Below, one piece after another: positions 15,501-30,734 of a stretch of 64,000 nucleotides of DNA. This DNA comes from Cirrosporium novae-zelandiae (Eukaryota), in NCBI GenBank assembly GCA_026023565.1, contig JAPETS010000001.1, forward strand, positions 1,426,001-1,490,000, read 5' to 3'. The notes beneath the pieces are model-generated. The model searched no databases. It was given only the letters and a program-made list of their open reading frames with translations, and was not told the DNA's origin. The translations under genes were made by a program, and so were the position numbers. Position 1 is the first letter of the stretch; each line of letters begins with the position of its first letter.

Positions 15501-17817
15501 GAATATCGAGTTAATAATCGACGGAAAAATATAATCATAAATTAATATAAAAATAAAAATATTATAAAAATTATTTATATTCCTAATATTATTTTTAATA
15601 TATTATAGCGGGCTATTCGCAGCCGTAAAACAGGCGGTCTCTAAAATTAAAACTCTATTATTCGTGAACGATATAAATTTTTCGACTATTTATATGAATA
15701 ATAAATAAATCCGAAAAATTATTTAATAAATAATAAAAACGGCGATTCAATAAAAAAAAAAATAAATTAAAATTCGACATTTAAAAAATTAAAATTATAA
15801 TTTTTTTTAAATTACGTAAATATTAAATCGAAAATTAAAATCGATAATTATTTAATTAAATATAAAAAAAATTACGTATAATAATTAAATATATAATTAA
15901 ATCCGAAATTTAATTTTTAAATTTATTATATTTAACGGTTAATTAAAATCTAATATATAAAAAACGTAATTAAATATATATATTATTAAAATAAATTATT
16001 TATAAAATTTATATATTAAATAATCGTAATAATTATAATATTAATTTATGTATATAAATATAAAATTTAATAAACAAAATAAATCGATTATTAAATAAAA
16101 TTTTAAAAATTATTAAATAAATTTATTAAATTAATAATAAAAATTTATAAAATCATTTTAATAATAACGATTATATAAAAAATTTATATATATTTTATAA
16201 ATATAATATTAAATATTATATAAAAAAAATATAAATTTCGATATTTTTAAAAAATTAAAAAAAATTTAACGAATCTAATATTATTAATAACGTTTAAAAT
16301 AAAAAATATAAATATTTAATTAAAAAAATAATCGTTAAAAAATTTCTAATAAATTTAAAAAATCAAAAAAAATATATTAAATTAATATTTAATTATAATA
16401 ATAATTTAAAAAATAATAAATTTAAATTTTAAAATCGAAAAAATTTAAATAATCGAAAAAAATTAATTTTTAAAAAAAATAATAATATTTTTAAAATAAT
16501 AAATTTTTAACGAAATATTAATATAAAATTAAAAAAATATATATTAATCGAACGGATTTAAATTAAAAAATCGTAAAATAAAAATAAAAATAATTTAAAA
16601 AATAATTAAAAAAATTTTATAAATAATACGAAAATATTATTTAAATTAAAATAAAAAAATATTCGATATAAAATTTTAAAAAACATAAATAATTTTATAA
16701 ATAATAATTAAAACGTATTTAAATAATTATAAAATTTTTAAAAAAAAAATAATAATATTATTTAATTCGTAAACGGTTATTAAACGGATCGAAAAAAAAA
16801 AATTAAAAAAAAATTAAATAATCGTATAAAAAATATACGAATATATTAAATATTTAATCGATTAAAAAACGAAAATTATTATTAAATAAATTCTAAAATA
16901 TTATAAAATATTAAAAAATAAAATAATAAATTAAATAATTAAAATAAACGCGGCGTTAAAAAATAATAAAATAATTATATAAATTATAAAAATATATAAT
17001 TAATTATATAATTAAAAAATAAAAAAATCGTCCGATAAATTATATTAAATATATCCGAAATATAAAAAAATCGGATATTAAAATACGCGTTTAAAAAATT
17101 AATAAATAAATTTTATTAAATAAAAACGGAATATATCGTACGAAAATTATTATTATTTTAAAATATTAATAATACGGAATTCCGTATTAAAACGTTTTTT
17201 ATTTAATATTAATATACCCGTATTAAAAAACGGCTAAAACCCGATTACGAGAAATAATAAAAAAATAAAAAAACCAATAATCTAATATAATCGAAAAAAA
17301 AAAATTAATATTTATATTAAAAAACCGAAGATTTTTTAAAAATTAAATACGTTTTTTAAATAATACGGAAATAAAAAAACCTTAAAACTAAACTAAATAC
17401 GAAACGGAAAATCGTGAAACGTATCTAGATTAAGGGTGGGTAGAACCCGGACACGGAAAAAAAAACGATCCAGAAATAAATATTAAATAAAAACTAGGCC
17501 CGTAATAAAAACGCGGGATAAACGTATACGTGAACAAAAACCGAAAAAATCGAAAATAAATATAAATAGGCCTATTTATAGATTACGAACACCGAAATAG
17601 CGTTAAAAAATTATCCGGTTAAATAAATCAGATAATTCTAAGAAATCCAAAAAAAGGGGGAAACTATATAACCGAATTAGAGGGATAACTCCCACTATTA
17701 TAATTAAAAATAAGCCCGAAAAAAAATACAATAAAACCTAAAAACCCCCGAATAAAATCCGTTATAGTTTCTAAATAATATATAGATATAAAACAATAAA
17801 TAATCATTATTATTATT
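12553..17817 (+). mobile_element. Tad1-like LINE copy C, lacking ~1.07 kb of 5' end
   Basis: Starts at the equivalent of ~38322 in copy H and ends with aaaacaataaataatcattattattatt, a RIPed (ATC)n tail. No TSD found. Confidence 0.9.
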
Positions 17818-18437
17818 CAAATTAATATAATATTTAGAATAATTAAAAATAGATAAATATATTATTAAATAAATAATTAGTTTTATAATTTAATAAAATA
17901 TCAAATTAATAATCGACGGAAAAATATAATCCTGAATTAATATAAAAATAAAAATATTATAAAAATTATTTTTAATATATTATAGCGGGTTATTCTCAAT
18001 TATAAAATAAATAATTTTTAAAATTAAAATTTTATTATTCGTGGACGACGTGAATTTCTCGATTATTTATATAAATAATAAATAAATCTAAAAAACTATT
18101 TAATAAATAATAAAAACGGCGATTTAAAAAAAAATTAAAATTCGATATTTAAAAAATTAAAATTATAAGTTTTTTTAAATTACGAAAATATTAAATTTAA
18201 ATAAATATTAAATCGAAAATTAAAATCGATAATTATTTAATTAAATATAAAAGAAATTACGTACGGTAATTAAATATATAATTAAATCCGAAATTTAATT
18301 TCTAAATTTATTATATTTAGTGTTTAATTAAAATTAAACGCGCGGAAAACGTAAATAAATATATATATTACCGAAACGGATTATTTATAGGATTTATGTA
18401 TTAAATAATCGTAACGATTATAATATTAATTTATATA
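17818..18437 (+). mobile_element. Tad1-like LINE internal fragment (RT region)
   Basis: Colinear with ~41180-41825 of copy H. Contains ttcgtggacgacgtg (FVDDV) at ~18038. Confidence 0.85.
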
Positions 18438-20896
18438 TAATAATAATAATTATTCATTGTTTTATATCTATATATCGCTTAGAAACTATAACGGATTTTA
18501 TTCGGGGGTTTTTAGGTTTTTTCGTATCTTTTTTCGGACTCATTTTTAATTAAAATAGTGGGGGTTATTTTTTTGATTCGGTTATATAATTTTCCTTTTT
18601 TTTTGGATTTCTGTAACGGCGTGCCAAGCATATGCGCTTCGTAGGCGCATAGGCGAGGCTTGGCGCGTGGCCAAACCTTTATATAGGAGAACGCTGCTTG
18701 ATTCATCAAGGTAGCGTTCGATTTTTGTATCTACAGAAGGAGCACTTCGAAAACTATCATCATTATTTGCGTCTTGCATACGAATAGCACGTTATACCTA
18801 TTAGTTATATATTCTATTGCCTCACTAATCTACCACACTGCCTGTACTAAGCGCTGCCTTCACAATTTCCTAGAATTATCTAATTTATTTAACCGAATAA
18901 TTTTTTAGCGTTATTTCGGTATTCGTAACCTATAAATAAGTTTATTCGTATTTATTTTCGATTTTTTCGGTTTTTATTTACGTATATATTTATCCCGCGT
19001 TTTTATTATAGACCTAGTTTTTATTTAATACCTGTTTCTGGATCGTTTTCCCCCCCGTATCCGGGTTCTACCCACCCCTAATCCAAATACGTCTCACGAT
19101 TTTTCGTTTCATATTTAATCTAATATTAAAATTTCCTTATTTCCGTATTATTTAAAAAACGTATTTAATTTTTAAAAAATTTTCGGTTTTTTAATACGAA
19201 TATTAATTTTTTTTTTTAATTATATTAGATTATTAATTTTTTTATTTTTTTATTATTTTCCGTAATCGGGTTTTAGCCGTTCTCTAGCGCGGATATATTA
19301 ATATTAAATAAAAAACGTTTTAATATAAAACCCTATATTATTAATATTCTGAAATAATAATAATTTTCGTACGATATATATATTTTTTAATAATAACGTA
19401 TTTTATTTTTATTTAATAAAATTTATTTATTAATTTTTTAAATACGTATTTTAATATCCGATTCTTTATATATTTCGGGTATATTTAATATAATTTATTA
19501 AACGATTTTTTTATTTTTTAATTATATAATTAATTATACGTTTTTATAATCCGTTTTTCTATTATATTATAAATTATATAAATTAATAAAATTTATTCGA
19601 TTATTTTATTATTTTTTAATATTACGTTTATTTTAATCGTTTAATTTATTATTTCGTTTTTTAATATTTTATAATATTTTAAAATTTATTTAATAATAAT
19701 TTTCGTTTTTTAATCGATTAAATATTTAATATATTCGTATATTTTTTATATAATTATTTAATTTTATTTTAATTTTTTTTTTCGATCCGTTTAATAGCTG
19801 TTTACGAATTAAATAATATTTTTTTTTTTTTTTAAAAATTTTATAATTATTTAAATATATTTTAATCGTTTTTTATAAAATTATTTATATTTTTTAAAAT
19901 TTTATATCGAATATTTTTTTATTTTAATTTAAATAATATTTTTATATTATTTATAAAATTTTTTTAATTATTTTTTAAATTATTTCTATTTTTATTTTAT
20001 AATTTTTTAATTTAAATCCGTTTAATTAATATATATTTTTTCAATTTTACGTTAATATTTTATTAAAAATTTATTATTTTAAAAATATTATTATTTTTTT
20101 TAAAAATCTATTTTTTTTAATTATTTAAATTTTTTCGATTTTAAAATTTAAATTTATTATTTTTTAAATTATTATTATAATTAAATATTAATTTAATATA
20201 TTTTTTTTAATTTTTTAAATTTATTAAAAATTTTTTAACGATTATTTTTTTAATTAAATATTTACGTTTTTTTATTTTAAATATTATCGATAATATTAGA
20301 TTCGTTAAATTTTTTTCGATTTTTTAAAAATATCGAAATCTATATTTTTTTTATACGATATTTAATATTATATTTACGGAATATATATAAATTTTTTATA
20401 TAACTATTATTATTAAGGTTATTTTATAAACCCCGTTATTAATCTAATAAATTTATTCAGTAATTTTTGAAATTCTATTTAATAGCCGGCTTGCCCCCTC
20501 TACCAAATTTTATATCCGTATATATAGATTAATATTATAATTATTACGGCTATTTAAAGCGTAAATCCCGTAAATAACCCGTTTCAGTAGTATATATATT
20601 TAATTACGTTTTCCGTACGTCGGATTTTAATTAACCGCTGGGCGTAATAAATCTAGAAATTAAATTTCGGATCTAATTATACGTTTAATTACCGTACATA
20701 ATTTTTTTTATATTTGATTAAATAATTATCGATTTTAATTTTCGGTTTAGTATTTATTTAAATTTGGTATTTATATAATCTAAAAAAGGCTATAATCTCA
20801 GTTTTTTGGGCGTCGAATTCTAGCCCATTTTCTTTCCCCTATTGGACCGCCGCTTTTGCTACCTGTTGGATAATCTTCCGGGCTTATTTATTATCT
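18438..20896 (-). mobile_element. Tad1-like LINE copy D, 5'-truncated, interrupted by a solo LTR
   Basis: Reverse-complement tail taataataattattcattgtttt at ~18441. Colinear with copy G until a GC-rich truncation edge at ~20800-20896. Confidence 0.88.
18612..18864 (+). mobile_element. Solo LTR, 253 bp, family 1 (probably Ty3/Gypsy, Tf1/chromovirus-like)
   Basis: TGT...ACA termini and a 5-bp TSD atttc (18607-18611 and 18865-18869). The LINE 3' sequence resumes seamlessly after it. TATATA at 18680-18685. A second copy lies at 44570-44822. Confidence 0.93.
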
Positions 20897-21330
20897 AAAA
20901 ATAAAACCTTTAAATATATAATATACACGGAAATATATGAAACGTAAAATTACCGATATCGGATAATAAAATATAAATTTACGTATATAAAGATTTATAT
21001 ATATATCCTATTAAAATATATAAATTATTTAGATTTTTATATAATTATAAATAAAAAATATTTAATAATCCAAAAAATAAAAATAAAATATATAAAAATC
21101 GAAAAAAATATTATATTTAAAATAATCGTAAAAATTAATTTAATTAATTATTTTTATTTCGTAATATTAAATATTAATAAAATAAACGTAAATAAAATAA
21201 TAAAAAATTTAATTAAAATAATTAATATTTATAATTAAAAAATATATATTTTTAAAAATAAAATCGATAATAAAAATTTAAAAAAATTTTATAAAATATA
21301 AAATAAAAATAAAATAATATTAATAAAAAA

Positions 21331-21448
21331 TTTTAATATTTATAATTTAATATAAAAACCCGAATAAATTATTTATATAAATAATACGTTTTTAATATTT
21401 ATAATTTAATATAAAAACCCGAATAAATTATTTATATAAATAATACGT
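21331..21448 (+). repeat. Perfect 59-bp tandem duplication inside copy E
   Basis: ttttaatatttataatttaatataaaaacccgaataaattatttatataaataatacgt occurs twice in tandem; it is single-copy in the other LINE copies I compared. Confidence 0.9.
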
Positions 21449-22820
21449 TTTTAATAATATTTATAAAAAAATAGAATTTAATTATATAAAATAATATTAT
21501 TTAAAATATTTAATTTAAAAAAAAATCGATTTATTATTTAATAATCAATTTAATAATAATTAATTTTATAATAAAATTATTTTAAAAATAATTTATAAAT
21601 ACGGTAATCAATAAAATAAATAATAAATTAAAAATTAATTCAAATTACGTTTTTATTTAATTTAAATAAAAAAATTAATATTTAAAAATAAATTAATTAA
21701 TTCTGAATTTATAAAATTTAAAATCGTTAGAAAATCTTTAATAATAAATTAAAATAAAATAAAAATAAAAATTTTGATTAATTACGAAAAATATATTAAT
21801 TATAAATTATACGGAAATATAATTAAAAAACGAAATATAAAATATTATTATTTAATTGAAAATTATTTTAAATAAATATATAAAATTTAAATAAATATAC
21901 GTTTGATCGAAAATTTAATAAAACCCTGAATATATCGTTAAAAAATATAAATATTATATAATAATTAAAAAAACGAAATAAAAACGTTAAATTTATAAAA
22001 AAATTAAAACGATATTTAAAAAATTTATAAAATTAATTAAAATTAAAAAAAAAAAAAATAAATTAATTTTTTTTAAATATATATAAAAAAAACGATTTAA
22101 ATAAATTTTTAAATCCTGAAAATATTTAATAAAAATAAAAAATATTAAAATATTATTAATTTTAAAATCGAAACCCGATATCAGCGTTTTATATAAAAAA
22201 CGGGAGAATAATAATAGAAATTAAAAATAAAAATATTTTATATAAAAACGAATTTTTCTATTATTTTTAAAAAATCCCGAATCTTGATTTTCGATAAAAA
22301 AAATTTTTATTTAATAATTATTCGAAAAAATAATATAAAAAATATTATATATATAAAATACGAATAAAATTTTAAAATATAATAATATTTAATTTAAAAT
22401 ATTACGTATATTATAATAATAGAATTTTAATAAAATAATAAAAATAATCCGATATTATTTTCGATTAAAATATTATCTGATATAATAAAAATATATTTAA
22501 AAAATATTATTATTTAAATTTAAAAAAACCGATAAAATATTAATTAAAAATTATAAAATAATAAATTTATTATATTATTTAAATAAAATAATCAAAAAAA
22601 TTATAATTAATATATTAATGAATATATACGAAAATTTAAATAAATTATATAAAAATTAATTTAAATCGAAATATAATCGAAATATAATTAATTAATATAT
22701 TAAATAAAAATGAATTTAATTAAAAATAAATAATTTATATTTTATTTATAAATATTAAAAAAACGTTTAATTATATATTATAATTTAAATTAATATGAAA
22801 TTTAAAATAATTAAAAATTG

Positions 22821-25800
22821 ATAATAATAATAATTATTTATTGTTTTATATCTATATACCGTTTAGAAACTATAACGGACTCTATTCGGGGGTTTTTAAA
22901 CTCTTTCGTATCTTTTTTCGGGCTTACTTTTAATTAAAATAGTAGGGATTATTCTTTTAATTCGGCTAAATAATTTCCCCTTTTTTTTAGATTTCCTAGA
23001 ATCATCTAATTTATTTAACCGGATAGTTTTTTAGCGTTATTTCGGTATTCGTAATCTATAAATAAATTTATTCGTACTTATTTTCGATTTTTTCAGTTTT
23101 TATTTACGTATACGTTTACCCCGCGTATCTATTACGGGCCTAGTTTTTATTTAATATTTATATCTGGGTCTTTTTTTTTTCCGTGTCCGGGTTCTACCCA
23201 CCCTCAATCCAGATACGCCTCACGATTTTCCGTTTCGTGTCTGGCCCAGAACTGGGGTTTCCCCACCTCCGTATTGCCTAAAAAACGTATCCAATTTTTA
23301 AAAAATCTTCGGTCCTTTAATACGAATACTAATTTTTCTTTCTCGGCTATATTAGGTTATTAACCCCCCCGTTTTTCTATTATTTTTTGTAAACAGGCCC
23401 TAACTGTTTTTTAGCGCGGGTATATTAATATTAAATAAAATATATTTTAATATAAGGCCCCGTATTATTAATATTCCGGGATAATAATAATTTTCGTATA
23501 ATATATATATTCCTTAGTAACGGCGTACTTTATTTTTATTTAATAGAATCTATCTATCAACCCTCTAAACGTATATTTTAATACCCGATTTTTTTTATAT
23601 TTTAAATATATTCGATAAAATTTATTAAACGATTTTTTTATTTTTTAATTATATAATTAATTATACGTTTTTATAATTTATTTTTCTATTATATTACGGG
23701 TTATATAAATTAACGAAATTTATTTAATTATTTTATTATTTTTTAACGTTATATTTATTTTGGCCGTTTAATTTATTATTTCGTTTTTTAATATTTTATA
23801 ATATTTTAAAATTTATTTAATAGCGATTTTCCTTTTTTAATTTATTAAATATTTAGTATATTTATTATACGATTATTTAATTTTTTTTTAATTTTTTTTT
23901 TTCGATCCGTTTAATAGCCGTTTACGAATTAAATAATATTATTATTTTTTATTTAAAAATTTTATAATTATTTAAATACGTTATAATCGTTATTTATAAA
24001 ATTATTTATATTTTTTAAAATTTTATATCGAATATTTTTTTATTTTAATTTAAATAATATTTCTATATTATTTATAAAATTTTTTCGGTTATTTTTTAAA
24101 TTATTTCCGTTTTTATTTTACGGTTTTTTAATTTAAATCCGTTCGATTAATATATATTTTTTTAATTTTATATTAATATTTCGTTAAAAATTTATTATTT
24201 TAAAAATATTATTATTTTTTTTAAAAATTTATTTTTTTCGATTATTTAGATTTTTTCGATTTTAAAATTTAAATTTATTATTTTTTAGATTATTATTATA
24301 ATTAAATATTAATTTAATATATTTTTTTTAATTTTTTAAATTTATTAAAAATTTTTTAACGATTATTTTTTTAATTAAATATTTATATTTTTTATTTTAA
24401 ATATTATTAATAATATTAAATTTATTAAATTTTTTTTAATTTTTTAAAAATATCGAAATCTATATTTTTTTTATATAATATTTAATATTATATTTATAAA
24501 ATATATATAAATTTTTTATATAATTATTATTATTAAAATTATTTTATAAATTTTTATTATTAATTTCATAAATTTATTTAATAACCGGTTTATTTTTTTT
24601 ATTAAATTTTATATTTATATATATAAATTAATATTATAATTGTTACGATTATTTAACGTATAAATTCCGTAAATAATCCGTTTCGATAATATATATATTT
24701 AATTACGTTTTCCGTATATCGGATTTTAATTAATCGCTGAATATAATAAATTTAAAAATTAAATTTCGGATTTAATTATATATTTAATTACCGTATATAA
24801 TTTTTTTTATATTTAATTAAATAATTATCGATTCTAATTTTCGATTTAATATTTATTTAAATTTAATATTTATATAATTTAAAAAAAATTATAATTTTAA
24901 TTTTTTAAATATCGAATTTTAGTTTATTTTTTTTTTTTATTAAACCGCTGTTTTTATTATTTATTAAATAATTTTCTAGATTTATTTATTATTTATTTAA
25001 ATAATCGAGAAATTTACGTCGTCCACGAATAATAGGGTTTTGATTTTAAAAACCGCTTATTTTATAATTGCGAATAACCCGCTGTAATATATTACAAAAA
25101 AATATTAAAAATACGAATAATTTTTATAATACCCCTATTTTTATATTAATTCGGGATTATATTTTTTTATCGATTATTAATTTAATATTTCGTTAAATTA
25201 TAAAATTAATTATTTATTTAATAATATTTTTATCGATTTCTAATTATTTTAAATATTATATTAATTTAAATTATAATATATAATTAAACGTTTTTTTTAT
25301 ATTTATAATTAAAATATAAATTATTTATTTTTAATTAAATTTTTTTTTATTTAATATATTAAATATATAAATATATCGATCGTATTTTAATTATATTTTA
25401 ATCTAAATTAATTATTATATAATTTATTTAAATTTTCGTATATATTTATTAACGCGTTAATTATAATTTTTTCGATTATTTTATTTAAATAATATAATAA
25501 ATTTATTATTTTATAATTTTTAATTAATATTTTATTAATTTTTCTAAATTTAAATAATAATATTTTTTAAATATATTTTTATTATATTAAATAATATTTT
25601 AATCGGAAATAATATCGGATTATTTTTATTATTTTATAAAGATTTTATTATTATAATATACGTAATATTTTAAATTAAATACCGTCGTATTTTAAAATTT
25701 TATTTATATTTTATATATATAACGTTTTTCGTATTATTTTTTCGAATAATTATTAAACGAATATTTTTTTAATTAAAAACCGAAATTTAAAATTTTTTAA

Positions 25801-28800
25801 AAATAATAGAAACGTTCGTTTTTATATAAAAAATTTTTTATTTTTAATTTTTATCGTTATTTTCCCGTTTTTTATACGAAACGCTAATATCGGATTTCGG
25901 TTTTAAAATTTATAATATTTTAATATTTTTTATTTCCGTTAAATATTTTCGGGATTTAAAAATTTATTTAAATCGTTTTTTTTTATATATATTTAAAAAA
26001 AATTAATTTATTTATTTTTTTTTTAATTTTAATTAATTTTATAAATTTTTTAAATATTATTTTAATTTTTTTATAAATCCGGTATTTTTATTTCGTTTTT
26101 TTAAATATTATATAATATTCGTGTTTTTTAACGATATATTCGGGATTTTACTAAATTGTCGATCAAACGTATATTCGTTTAGATTTTATATATTTATTTA
26201 AAATAATTTTTAATTAAATAATAATTTTTTATATTTCGTTTTTTAATTACGTTTTTTTATAATCTGTGGTTAATATATCTTTCGTAATTAATCAGAATTT
26301 CTATTTTTATTTTATTTTAATTTTTTATTAGGGGTTTTTTAGCGGTTTTAAATTCTACGAATTCGGTATTAATTAATTTATTTTTGGGCGGTAATTCTTT
26401 TATTCGAATTAAATAAAAATATAATCTAAATTAATTTTTAATTTATTATTTATATTATTAATTATTACGTTTATTAATTATTTTTAAAATAATTTTATAA
26501 CGGGGTTAATTATTATTAAATTAATTATTAAATAACGAACCGATTTTTTTTTAAATTAAATATTTTAAATAATATCGTTTTATATTATTAAATTTTATTT
26601 TTTTATAAATATTATTAAAAACGTATCGTTTATATAAATAATCCGTTCGGGTTTTTATATTAAATTATAAATATTAAAATTCTTTATTAATATTATTTTA
26701 TTTTTATTAAAAATAGATTTTTATTTTATATTTTATAAAATTTTTTTAAATTATTATTATCGATTTTATTTTTAAAAATATATATTTTTTAATTTTTGAT
26801 TATAAACGTTAATTATTTTAATTGGGTTTTTTATTTTTCCGTCTACGTTTATTATATTTATATTTAGCGCTATAAAATAAAAATAATTAATTAAATCGAT
26901 TTTTATAATTATTTTAAATATATTATTTTTTCGGTTTTTACGAATAATAATAACCGTTTTTACGATTTTATTTTTTATTTAAATTTTTAATTCGGACTAA
27001 TAAAATTTTTATATTAAATATAATATTTTTTTTTTAATTTTTAATTAAATTTTTATAATAATATTATATCCGTTCCGGTTTATATAATCGATTTTAAAAT
27101 TATAATTATTATATTATATTTTTTATAATAATTATATTATAATATTTTTATTTATAATTCAGATATATTATTATTTATTTATAATACGGATATTATTAAT
27201 ATTTTCGGTATTATCGATATTTCGGATATTATTTATATTTTTTTTTCTATTTTTTTTTAGAATTCGGGGGTTTTTAATTTTTAATTAAGATTTTTTAGAT
27301 TTATTTTTTTTTTTAAAAAAATTAATACGTAGAACGATTATATAACGTTTTTTCGGCGTTTTTTTTTTATATATTCTGCCTCTGTTTTTTAGATAGCTGA
27401 ATATTTTCCGTCCGTGGCTATATAAGGGTTTAAATAGTTTATATATTTTAATAAAATATATATATAAACCCCCGTATACGCGGATATATATTTTATTATC
27501 CGATACCGGTGATTTTATATTTCGTATATTTCCGGATATATAATATATTTCGGGGCTTTATTTCTATATTCTAGGAATAATTTATATTTTAATTAAATAT
27601 ATTTTAAATACGTTTTATTTATTTTTAACGTAAATTATCGGATATATCGAAATCTATATTTTATTAAATAATAATTTTCGATTTTTTATTTTTTATATAT
27701 TATAAACGGAAATTTTGTTTTGATTAAAATAATATATTTTTTTAATATAAATCCGGTTTATATCCGTTTTTAATAATATTTTTCTAATATTATTTATACG
27801 ATTACCGTATTTCGGAATAATTAATAAATATTTTTTAAATTTTTTTTTATTAAATTTAATTTATTTAAATTTTTAAATATTTTTAAAAATATTTTTTATA
27901 TTTTTATTTAATATAAAATTTTTAATAAACGTATATTTATTATTATATTATTTATTTTTATTATAATTTTTAAAATTTTTTATTTATATTTAGATATTAA
28001 TATATCCGTATTAATTTTTTTATCGAACGTGATTTTTAAATTATTTTTTTTATTAATATAGATTTCCCGTATCCGTAATTTAAACGGTACGTTTAAATTA
28101 ATTAATCTAACGTTAATCGCCGTTATAACTAATATTATAGAACCCGAATATTTGGTTTTTTTTTTATTAAAAATCAGTATTTTCTGATTTTCAGTTTTTG
28201 TGTCCCCGTCTGCGAAATTAGTGCGTTTTTTTTTTTATAGGATTTGATTATTCGCTATTTTTTATTAGATTTGTCTATTATTTTACTGGTTATTTTGGTA
28301 TAAATAAACCCCGTAAATTCCGGCGTTATTTTTACAGAAACCTGTTTCGGGGTTTTCGGTGCTAACGGTAGAATTTTCTGTTTAATTATTTTTACCGTCT
28401 ATTAAAGATTTTTCTGGATTTTTTTATTTATTTATATTATTATCCGCGTATTAAATATCTATAATCCGGTTATTATATTTATTCGGGATATTATTATAAA
28501 AAATATTATTTTTTTTTTTTTATTATTTGTTCGGGTTTAATTATTAAAATTATATAATTTTTATTTATAGAATTTTCCGCCCCGTTATATATAATTTCTG
28601 CGATTTTTATCCGGATTTATAATATTTAGATTATTATTATAATTATTTTTTTAATTATTAAAAATTTTTATTTAATCGTATATAATTTTTTTTAATTTTT
28701 TTAAATTTTTATAATTTTATTATCTCGTTTTTCTAGAACGATTATTTGGATTTTTAAACCGAAAAATATTTCTCGTAATTATATCGTAAAATCGTCGGTT

Positions 28801-29205
28801 TTTAGAATCTAATATATTTTTTTTTGATTACGGGAAATATACGTATTATTATATATTTAATCGTTTATTCGATTAAAATATTTTGGTTATTAATCTATTT
28901 TTTTTTAGAATTTTTTTTTTATAAAGTCTTTCGATAATATTTTTCCGTTTGATCGTTTTTTTTTTAAAATAAAAATTATAATATTGAATCGCTAGATTTT
29001 ATTATAAAATTTTATTTCGGTTCGTTTAATTCGTTTTTTCGTATCTATTTAATTTTCGTTAACGGTACGTATTTTTTTAATCCCCGATATTTTTTTATTA
29101 TTGCTAAATTTTATACGCCTTAAATAAACGTTAATTGTTTCGTATAACGGTCGTCACAATAGTGAATTGATTTGGTGGCGCGGGGTCATCAAAAAACGTT
29201 TTTTT
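22821..29205 (-). mobile_element. Full-length Tad1-like LINE copy G, nested in copy E
   Basis: Tail at ~22821 and 5' terminus at ~29170-29205. TSD aataattaaaaatt(g/a) at 22806-22820 and 29240-29254. Confidence 0.93.
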
Positions 29206-30734
29206 CCGTTTTTTATAATGATGATATTATTATAATATCAATAATTAAAAATTAATAAAGATATTATTAAATAAATAACCAGTTTTATAATTTAACGATA
29301 TATCGAATTAATAATCGATAAAAAAATATAATCCCGAATTAATATAAAAACAGAAATATTATAAAAATCGCTTATATACCTAATATTATTCCTAATATAT
29401 TGCAGCGGGCTATTCGCAGCCGTAGAATAGACGGTTTCTGAAATTAAAACCTTATTATTCGTAAACGATATAAATTTCTCGACTATTTATATAAATAATA
29501 AATCAATCCAGAAAATTATTTAATAAATAATGAAAACGGCGATTTAATAAAAAAAAAAAAAAAAATTAGAATACGATATTTAAAAAATTAAAATTATAAT
29601 TTTTTTTAAATTACGTAAATATTAAATTTAAATAAATATTAAATTAAAAATTAAACTTAACAATTATTTAATTAAATATAAAAAAAATTATATATAATAA
29701 TTAAACGTATAATTAAATCTAAAATTTAATTATTAAATTTATTATATTTAACGTTTAATTAAAATCAGATACGAAAAAAAAATAATTAAATATATATATT
29801 ACCGAAATAAATTATTTTTAAAATTTATATATTAAATAATTATAACGATTATAATATTAATTTATATATATAAATATAAAATCTAATAAAAAAAATAAAT
29901 CGATTATTAAATAAAATTTTAAAAATTATTAAATAAATTTATTAAATTAATAATAAAAATTTATAAAATAATTTTAATAATAATAATTATATAAAAAATT
30001 TATATATATTCCGTAAACGTAATATTAAATATTATATAAAAAAAATATAGATTTCGATATTTTTACAAAATCGAAAAAAATTTAACGAATTTAATATTAT
30101 CGAAAATATTTAAAATAAAAAATATAAATATTTAATTAAAAAAATAACTATTAAAAATTTTTTATTAAATTTAAAAAATTAAAAAAAATATATTAAATTA
30201 ATATTTAATTATAATAATAATCTAAAAAATAATAAATCCGAATTTTAAAATTAAAAAAATTTGAATAATTAAAAAAAATAAATTTTTAACGAAATATTAA
30301 CGTAAAATTAAAAAAATATATATTAATCGAACGGATTTAAATTAAAAAATCGTAAAATAAAAACGGGAATAATTTAAAAATAACCGAAAAATTTTTATAA
30401 ATAATACGGAAATATTATTTAAATTAAAATAAAAAAATATTTAATATAAAATTTTAAAAAATATATATAATTCTAAAAATAATAATAAAAATATATTTAA
30501 ATAATTATAAAATCTCTAAAAAAAAAATAATAATATTATTTAATTCGTAAACGGCTATTAAATAAATCGAAAAAAAAATTAAAAAAAAATTAAATAATTA
30601 TATAAAAAATATAGAAATATATTAAATATTTAATAAATTAAAAAACGAAATAATAAATTAAAGGATTAAAATAAATATAATATTAAAAAATAATAAAATA
30701 ATAAAATAAATTTTATTAATTTATATAATTTATA

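Noticed and set aside
6545..17817. Twin-priming 5' inversion as the explanation for B and C
   Set aside because: The two pieces overlap by ~5 kb of element sequence, so they are separate copies.
18512..18779. Two overlapping 65-aa ORFs
   Set aside because: Chance frames across the GC-richer solo LTR.
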